This document shows, in pieces, positions 15,979 through 24,300 of a stretch of DNA of 38,517 bases (its first letter is position 1; every line of letters starts with the position of its first letter). Position numbers and translations under genes: made by a program. The notes beneath the pieces are model-generated. The model was not told the DNA's origin. It saw only the letters and a program-made list of their open reading frames with translations, and made no database searches. Where the stretch lies: positions 1-38,517 of IMG/VR virus record IMGVR_UViG_3300037692_000242; one strand, written 5' to 3'. Origin of the DNA: a virus (Duplodnaviria; Caudoviricetes).

Positions 15979-16474
15979 GGAAGGCTCGGCTTTTATTACG
16001 ACCATGGCATATGTTGCAGTTATAACAGCCGTCATTACCGCGGCAGTCTCGACAACCGCCGCCTATCAACAGAGCGAATCCGCCCAGGACATGGCCGACT
16101 ACAACGCCGAAGTCGAAGACATGAAGGCCAAGGACGCGGCCAACGTCGGCGCCAATGCCGCCGGCGACGCTCGGGCCAAGGCGCGGAAGATCATCGCCGC
16201 CCAGGTCGAAGCCGGGGGAATGTCGGGAGTCGATACCAATTACGGAACGCCCATGGGTCTGCTGGTCGAAACAGCAGGGATCGGGGAGATGGAAGCCCTG
16301 ACGGTCATGAACAACGCGCAGAGACAGGCGTGGGGGCACCAGGCGCAGTCCAGCCTTGACACCCTGAAGAGCAAACAGGAAAAGCAGGCCGGCGTATTGA
16401 ACACAATGGGCACAGCACTCAGCGGCGCCTCAAGCGTTTACGGCGCAGGGCGTACAGCAGAACTCTGGAAATAG
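15968..16474 (+). CDS. Internal virion/ejection protein (T7 gp14-like), with AFIT leader
   Basis: Hydrophobic Ala-rich N-terminus, YNA.V, Q....G.SGVD...GTP, NNAQRQAWG; start at ATG 15968 with GGAGG RBS. Confidence 0.85.
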   Translation: MEVKEGSAFITTMAYVAVITAVITAAVSTTAAYQQSESAQDMADYNAEVEDMKAKDAANVGANAAGDARAKARKIIAAQVEAGGMSGVDTNYGTPMGLLVETAGIGEMEALTVMNNAQRQAWGHQAQSSLDTLKSKQEKQAGVLNTMGTALSGASSVYGAGRTAELWK

Positions 16475-16482
16475 GGGACATC

Positions 16483-18333
16483 ATGAGAATCGCCGCCGCA
16501 TTCATCACCGTCAACGTTCCCCGGATGGAGCAGACCACCAAGACACAGGCCGTCGCCATTCCGCGGGGGTCCGTCGGTCCGGATCGGTTCGCCGGCCTCG
16601 CCGCCGGGGTCAAACAGGCGTCCAATACCATCAGCCAGATTGCCACCAGGGAAGTCGCCGAACAGGACGCCTCCCGGCTGTCGAAAGCTCAGGCCGATTA
16701 TGAGGATGCCAAGGTCAAGTTCCTCTACGGCAGCAAGGACGAACAGGGTGAAACACCGGGCCTGTTGCACACCCTCGGTGAGGCCGCAGTCAATCCGGCG
16801 GACGGGAAGACTCTCGATGCCAAGGCCGAAGAATGGCACAGGAACTATCTCGACAATCAACTGGGAACCCTCGGAAACGACCGGCAAAAAGCCCTGTTCA
16901 CTCAGTACGCCGACCGGGACCGGGCTTCGGTCACCAGTGCCGTGGTCAACCATGAATGGAAGCAGGGCCAAATCGTCAAGATCGGCAACGCCAACGCGGC
17001 AACCGACCTGGCCACAACCAACGCCATCAAACTCGGCACCACGGCAGGGGCCGACCCGGAACTTTACGCCAACGCCTTGACCAAGGTCGAAGAAGCCACT
17101 CAGGTTCAGGCCATGATCGAAGGATTCAGCCCCGAATCCCAATATGCCAAAGACCTCCTTTCCTCCAAAATGTCCAAACTCCACAGCAACATCATCATCA
17201 GCAAGGTTTCCTCCGACGACGACAAGGGCGCCATCGCTTATTACGAGGAACACGGCGACACCATTACCGACCCTGCCGAGGCCCTGGCTATCGGCAAGAC
17301 GATCTCCACGCTGAAGATCAGGGTCGAGGGAAAAGAGACTGCGGCCGCGATTTGGGAGAAGCACAAACCGACCGATGTCAACGTCTCTGTCGATATCGCC
17401 GCCATGCGTGAAGAGGTCGCCGCCGGCAAGGGAGGAGAAGCCGAAAAGGCGGTGGCTCTGGCCCGGGTCGAAGAGATTGCCGCAGAGCATCAGCAGGCAA
17501 ATCGGCTCAAAGAAGAAAGTGCCTCGAACAAGATCTTCGGCATCGGGCGCAAGGAAGGCGCCACCTACGACGCAACGATCAAGGCGATTAACCTGGAGCC
17601 GAACATCGACAACCGAACCCGGGAGAGCCTGCAGAATTGGGCCGAGTCGAAGTTCAAAATCAATGAGGGTAAATCCGGGATTGATGCCGACAAGAAATAT
17701 GCCCAAAAGCTTGAACAACTCGGCAAGCTGCTTTCCTTCCAAAACGAATATCTCTCTGGCGGCTACGGAACTCTCACCCCGGAACAACTCGGAACGAAGG
17801 TGGGGGACCTCGGAGAGTTCACCGACAACGCCATGCAGTTCGTCGACAGGGTGAATACCGACCTCAACACCGCCAAAGTCGTCGATTCCGACCTCAAGGA
17901 TCTGCTTCACACCCTCGGGCAGAGCGACGCCTACAAGGATCTCGTCCCGAACATCGATAAGCCCAAACCCGAAGACAAGGCGAAGCTGGCCGTTCTCCAG
18001 GGGGAAGTGCAGCGGATCATGGTCACGTCTCAACAGGCCAGCGGCCCGGGAAAAGGAATGAGTCTCAAGGCGGCAACGCTCAAGGCCATCCAAAACGTGC
18101 GAACGGATAAGGGATGGGCCAAGGTCTTCGACAACGGCCAGCCGTTTTACCTGGTGGGAACCGACCTGGCGGACAAGTATTCCAAAGGGAACGACCCGTC
18201 GAAGTGGTCGAAGGAAACCCAGGCCAACTACATCAAGGCGCGGTGGGAAATGCTCCCGTCCAATCAGGGGAAGACCCTCGCTCCGGCAGAGCTCGAAGTC
18301 CTTCGCAACGCACTTCTGCAGACGGAGCAATAA
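16483..18333 (+). CDS. Internal virion/ejection protein (gp15-like position), with AFIT leader
   Basis: 616 aa, helical and Ala-rich; second of three ejection-protein genes. Confidence 0.8.
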   Translation: MRIAAAFITVNVPRMEQTTKTQAVAIPRGSVGPDRFAGLAAGVKQASNTISQIATREVAEQDASRLSKAQADYEDAKVKFLYGSKDEQGETPGLLHTLGEAAVNPADGKTLDAKAEEWHRNYLDNQLGTLGNDRQKALFTQYADRDRASVTSAVVNHEWKQGQIVKIGNANAATDLATTNAIKLGTTAGADPELYANALTKVEEATQVQAMIEGFSPESQYAKDLLSSKMSKLHSNIIISKVSSDDDKGAIAYYEEHGDTITDPAEALAIGKTISTLKIRVEGKETAAAIWEKHKPTDVNVSVDIAAMREEVAAGKGGEAEKAVALARVEEIAAEHQQANRLKEESASNKIFGIGRKEGATYDATIKAINLEPNIDNRTRESLQNWAESKFKINEGKSGIDADKKYAQKLEQLGKLLSFQNEYLSGGYGTLTPEQLGTKVGDLGEFTDNAMQFVDRVNTDLNTAKVVDSDLKDLLHTLGQSDAYKDLVPNIDKPKPEDKAKLAVLQGEVQRIMVTSQQASGPGKGMSLKAATLKAIQNVRTDKGWAKVFDNGQPFYLVGTDLADKYSKGNDPSKWSKETQANYIKARWEMLPSNQGKTLAPAELEVLRNALLQTEQ

Positions 18334-21300
18334 ATGGCATTGAAAGATCTCGACAATCTCCTTCAGGCGGAACTTGCTACCGGCAAAGAGAAGTCTTCCG
18401 CCTACGCCAACGGGCTGACGCTGGCCTTCGAGACAAACCCCGATGTGGAAGCGCAAAAGCAGAAGCTTCAGAAAACCACCGGGATTCCCGCGGCCCTGAT
18501 GGACGACGAAACGAAACAGCTTGCCGAACTGCAGAACTTCCTTTCCTCGAAGGGTGTCACTGACCTTCCGACCAAAGCCCCCCTGACCGCCAATTGGATT
18601 TCCCAGCAGGAAAACGCCAACATCGCTCATGACGACATCGAAGCCCTGGTGAATCTCGAAGCCCTGGCCAAGGCAGGTCCGAACGCTCCCGGGGCTAAGT
18701 CGACCTTGCGCTTCAACACCGAATATGATCAGGGCCGGGTCCGGTCCGTATCCGAAGCATTTATGGATGCCCTCAAGTCGTCCCCCGACATGGCAGCCGC
18801 CGGACTGGCCGAACCCGGGGTCTGGCTGGGCGATTTCGTCGAGTGGAGTCTGCGCCCCTTTGCCGATCCGCTCGGGCAGAGAAAACAGGTTGCCGACGCT
18901 TTGAGATACAGCGCTTCATACTGGGACCGCAATGTGAAAATGCGGCAGAAGGAATACAAACCCGGATCCCCGGAGTCCTACGGCCAGATGGTCGGCGGGA
19001 GTATCGGCACATCCCTCCTTGCCGCTCCGTTCGGCCTGGCCGGGGAGAATGCCGCCCTCGGCGCCTTCGCCCTGTTCGCTGGCGGCGGCTACCAGGATAT
19101 GGTCGATTCCGGAACCTCAATCCCCATGGCCATTGCTCTTTCCGGCAGCAACAAGGCCATGGAGGGTTTAACCGAAAAGCTCGGGATGGATGCCCTCTAC
19201 GGGGGGAAGGGGCCGATCATCAAAAAGGCGGTCAAATTCTTACTCGGAGACCTGGCCGGGGAGGAAGTCAACGCCCTTTATAACCTGGGTGTTTCCAAGG
19301 TCACGGTAACCCCGGACATGACCATGGAGCAGGTTGTCCAGCAGTTGGTCGACACGGCCATCGTGACGGCTTTTGCAGGCCCTATCCAGGGTGGCACCAT
19401 GGGCGGCGTCTCCCGGGCGTCCGGTGCGCTCTATGACGCTCAACTCAAAAGAGCCACCGCCAAAGATCAGGAAGGGTTTCTTCTCGCGTTAGGGGATAGC
19501 GTCAGGGGGACCAAGACGTTTAAAAGAATGCCGGAAAAGGTCCAGGCATTGATTCAGGAGATCAAAAAAGACGGCGCCGTCCAAGACATCTATATCCCGG
19601 TGGAGCATTTCAATGAACTCTTTCAGGCACAAGGCATGTCTCCGGAAGAAGCTGCAATTCAGATTCTCTCAGATCCATCTCGGTATGATGAGGCTGTCGC
19701 TACCGGCGGCGATATCGCTATCCCTCTGGAGGAGTTCGCTAAACTTGCAGATGCTCCTTACTACGCAGAGCTTGCACGGAACGCTAAGACTCATTTTGGT
19801 AGCCTTTCCGCTCGGGAGGCCGAAGACTTAGATTCTCAGACGGAGCTCATGCAGAGCCAGATTCTCGACCTGGCGCAGGAAGACACCGCTCCCGTTGAAG
19901 AGACGGAAGTCAACCAGGCGTTTCGCCAGAAGACTCCCGACCAACGGGCGGCAGTCATCGAAGAAGAAAAGGCGAAGCTGGCCGTGGGAGAAGACGCGGG
20001 AGAACTGCAGAAGCAGATTACAGACTTTGAAAAGATTGCCGCCGAGAAGCCGGGGCAGTATGAAGCCTATCAGCGGATTCACGAAGACACCTACGAGCAG
20101 TTGCTGGCAGTGGGACGCCCTCCGCAAGAAGCCCGGGATCACGCCGAAGTCCGAGCCACCGCCCTGTCGACCCTGGCGGCGCAGCATGGCTACGACTATA
20201 AGGACCTGTTGAATCGTTTCCCTGTCAGGGTCACCAACGGTGGGGACGCGCAGATTCCGAGCGGACCCTTTGCTGGCAAAACTTACGCGAATGTTTTTGC
20301 CGAAGGCACGTCATGGGTTAAATCGGAGAATGCCCGTCGTGAAAACCCCGCGGCCAAGGTTTCCCCCCGGGAACAGCAGTTCCGGGACATGGCGGCAATC
20401 GACGCGGCGGACATTGATACCAACGCGACCAACGCCGAGGCCCTTGTCATCGACGGTCACAAGAAAAAAGCGACCATTTCAGCCAATACTTTCGCCCACA
20501 GGTGGTATCTAGATGCCGGCTACCCCGCGGCGGATGTCGTGGCGACGCTGAAAAACATCGCCAAAGGGAAGCAGTTGACAGAGAACCAGCAAGTCATTGC
20601 TGGCGATTGGGCGGAAAGCAACAAGGTTCTTCAGTCAAAGTTCATGACCGGCGTGACGGCGGGGGACCTTCAGGAAGGCGACGAGTTCACCGCCATGATC
20701 GACGACAAGCTGGATGATTTTACCGTCGTCAAGGTCGAAGGTGGGGACGTTACGCTCAAGGACGGGGTGGTCAAGACGGTCGACTTCTTCGACAGCATCG
20801 AGATCGTCGGCGGGATTGCCGGAGTGACGAACAAGGAAGCCGAAGCCGACCCGGAAGAGACCCGCCCGGTGACGATGGACGATTATTTTGCTCTGCATGG
20901 AGCACAGATTCCTTCCCGGCTTGACCAGGGCGGAGTCGATGACAAAACAGGACTCCCCCTAAATGCAGACGGCACGGTTACGGTTTATCACCATACCAGT
21001 AAAGAAAAGGCGGCAAAAATCAGGGAGAGCGGCACACTGAAAGCAACCGCGGAGCCTGATGTCTATGTTACGACGCGAAGAGAGACGGACACTGGTTATG
21101 GAGACACCGCGGTGAGTATTCAGGTCGACCCTTCTCTTCTGGAGATTGACGATGAATTTCCTGATGGTCGTGTCGACTATCGCTTGAGCGTCGGCAAGCC
21201 GGGGGGATCGATTGCCGTCAAGGTAACCACCCCGGTTGAATTATCCGAGGTCCTTTCCGATTTAAAGCAAAAATTTCCGGACTTGAACTTGGCCGTGTTT

Positions 21301-24300
21301 GAGAACAAAGGCCAAATTTCCATCAACCGGATCCAGTTTCCTAAAGAGCAACAAGGTCAGGGGAACGGGTCTGTCGTGATGATCGCCCTCACGGAATATG
21401 CCGACGCAACAGGTCAAGTTATCACGTTGACTCCCTCTTCCGATTTCGGGGGGACAAAAAGCAGGGTCGTCTCCTTCAATAAGCGTTTTGGTTTTGTCGA
21501 GAACAAGGGCAAAAATAAAGACTTTGCAATCTCCGACACGATGTATCGCCTGCCGAAAAAAGAAAAGGATCGAACTCTTTTCCAAGGAGGGTCCGCCGAA
21601 GGGCACGAAACCTTCTCCGTCAGGAAAACCCAGGAAGAGGGGATGCTGCTCACGGCGACCGTCACCGATGGCGTGACCAAGGTTTCAGGCATCGGCGCCA
21701 CCCACTACGATGCCAGCACCACGATGAAGGCAACACTTCCCGAAGGGCTGACCAACGGGACCGGATTCGTCACCCCGGACGGAATCTTTCTCCGGCGCAA
21801 GGAAGCCGTTCAGTGGCTCAAGGAAAATCGAAATGATGCCTATCGGGCACTCGACAAGATCACCCGCACCAACGGGCTGGAGTCCCAGGCTTATGCCTTT
21901 GCCGAAGGCGTCGTAACGGGCATCGACAACAGCATTGAGGACTTTATCCGGCAGCAGTTCGGCACGGATGCGAGGACTCTTTTTCAGTCTCAACCTCTCG
22001 ACAAAATATCCTTTGACACTTCCGGTGAATTTGAAACCGGGAGAGAAGTCACATTCAACTTCGTTCACAACACAGCGTCTGCAACAAAGATTTTTGGAAA
22101 GCCGAAAAAGGATTCTCCGCACGACCGCAGTCTTGAACCGTCCGGGCGGTACGTCACCAAAGTTGATAAGGCGGCGAAGGATCTCCCTGCCGGCATGATT
22201 GGAGGAGAAATTACCTTTCGCAACCCGATTGTCCTGAAGGGAGAGAATTGGAAAAAAGAACTCTCCTCTCAATTCGGCAACAAGACCGGCAAGAGGTTGA
22301 GCCTGGCGATAATCGAGGCAGGTTTCGACGGAGTAGTCACGACTTCTGAAAGCAAAAGCGGAAGGTACGTGTCTGAGATCCTCGACCTGACGACCTTCGA
22401 CGAAGCCAAGGCCCTTTACCAAAGCGGCAGACCTTCGTGGGTCGACGCTGCCAAGGAAATAACTGAGGAGCGACGGGCGGAGTTTGCAGCGGCGGCGATA
22501 AAGTTTTTCGGAAAAACCACAAACCCGTACGAGGCGGGATATGTCCTACCGAACGGAACCATGCTTGACCTGTCGGGTCGTCATTATTCTCAGGATCACC
22601 CTTCTCTGCGAGGGCAAAGATCTGTGGACCACCGGGAACTCATGGGGGAAAACAGTGACGAGTTTTCCATTGAGGAGTTTTTCCCGGATGGGTTAAGCGG
22701 CAGCGACAGCATGGCGTATTTCATGGCGGCAACCGGGGCAATGCGAATCGATATTCGCTCCGGTGTCGCTTCGTCCATGGGGTCTCCCTCACAGAAACAA
22801 ATAACCGTTTTGGGAAATGCGCTGAAGGGAGAGGATGCAACGATCAGCCTTGTCAATCCCGAAACCGGGAAGATTGTGGATGAAGGGGAAATAGACAACG
22901 CGAATCCGAGGAAGATAAAAGCATTTTTCGAAGCCGCCGCCGCCAAGCCGGACGGATTTTCCTACTTCCAAGGGAAGGGTAACGCTGGCAAGCGCGGGTA
23001 CATTCGCTTCGGCGGTTCCCTGGAAGGATTCGAAATCGGCCTGCTCAAAGACGCCAACCCGTCGACCTTTATCCATGAGCTCGGGCATTACTACATGGAG
23101 ATTTTAGGCGACCTTGCCCAGGACGAGGGGGCTCCTGATGCTCTCAAGGCCGACTACGCCACCCTGCTGAAATGGGTGGGGGCCAAGGACCGCGCTTCGT
23201 TGTCCGTCGAGCAACTTGAGCAGATCGCCCGGGGCTATGAGGCATACCACTGGGAAGGCAAGGCGCCATCCGAAAAGCTCAGGGCCGTCTTCGCTCGGAT
23301 TTCCGTCTGGTTCAAGGCGGTTTACAGGACGCTCAAGGAACTCAATGTCGAGCTGACCCCGGAAGTCCGGGACGTTTTCGACCGGCTGCTGGCCACCGAC
23401 GAAGAAATAGCCCAGGCAAAGCAGAACGCAAAGCCTCTTTACGCGACCGCCGCGGACGCCGGCATGACGCCGACCGTCTTTGCCGCCTATCAAAAACTTG
23501 CCGAGCATGCGCAGGCCGACGCCGCAAGCCGGCTGGACGTGGCCAAGATGCGCGATTTCCTCCGGGAACAGCAACAGTGGTGGAAGGATGCCCGGGACGC
23601 CATGCAGGAACAAATCGAGAAGGAGGCAGAAGGCAATCCCGTCTACCAACTGCTTCACCTGATCTACAACGGGGAACTCTTCGACGGTTCGCCCTACGAG
23701 GGGGGGCAGTCGCGGCTCTCCGGGACCCTGCTCAAAGAACAAATCGACCCGAAAAAGATGAAGATTTTGCGGAAGAAACTCGGGAACGTCTACGTCAACG
23801 AGGGAGGTATCGATCCGCAACTGGCGTCCGAGCAGTTCGGGTTTTCTTCCGTCGACGAGATGGTGGAAAGACTGCTCTCCGAGCCGAAGATGAAGGCATG
23901 GGTCAAGGAGGAGACCGACAGGCGGATGGAGGAGCAGCACGGGCACATGGACCCGATGAAGATTGCCCAGGAAGCCCTCTCTGCCGTCCACAACGATTAC
24001 GAGGCGACCCTTCTCCGTGAAGAGCTCAAGGCCATCAACAAGAAGCGGCGGGAGGTCAAGCCGTTCACCGACGCCGAGAAGAAGCAGGGCAAGGAAAATC
24101 TTCAGAATGAAAAAGCCCAGCGCAGGTATGAGCGACGGTGGATGGATGCCGAAGCCAAACTGAAAGTTGCCGAAGCCAAGGCTGCAGGCAAAGAAGAGAT
24201 CGACGCCCTCAAGGAAGAAATCCGCAGCAACAAAAAGCTGCAGATCGCCGCCAGAAATGTTGCCAAGGATCTCGTCCCTCCCATTGCCAGCTTCAAGAGT

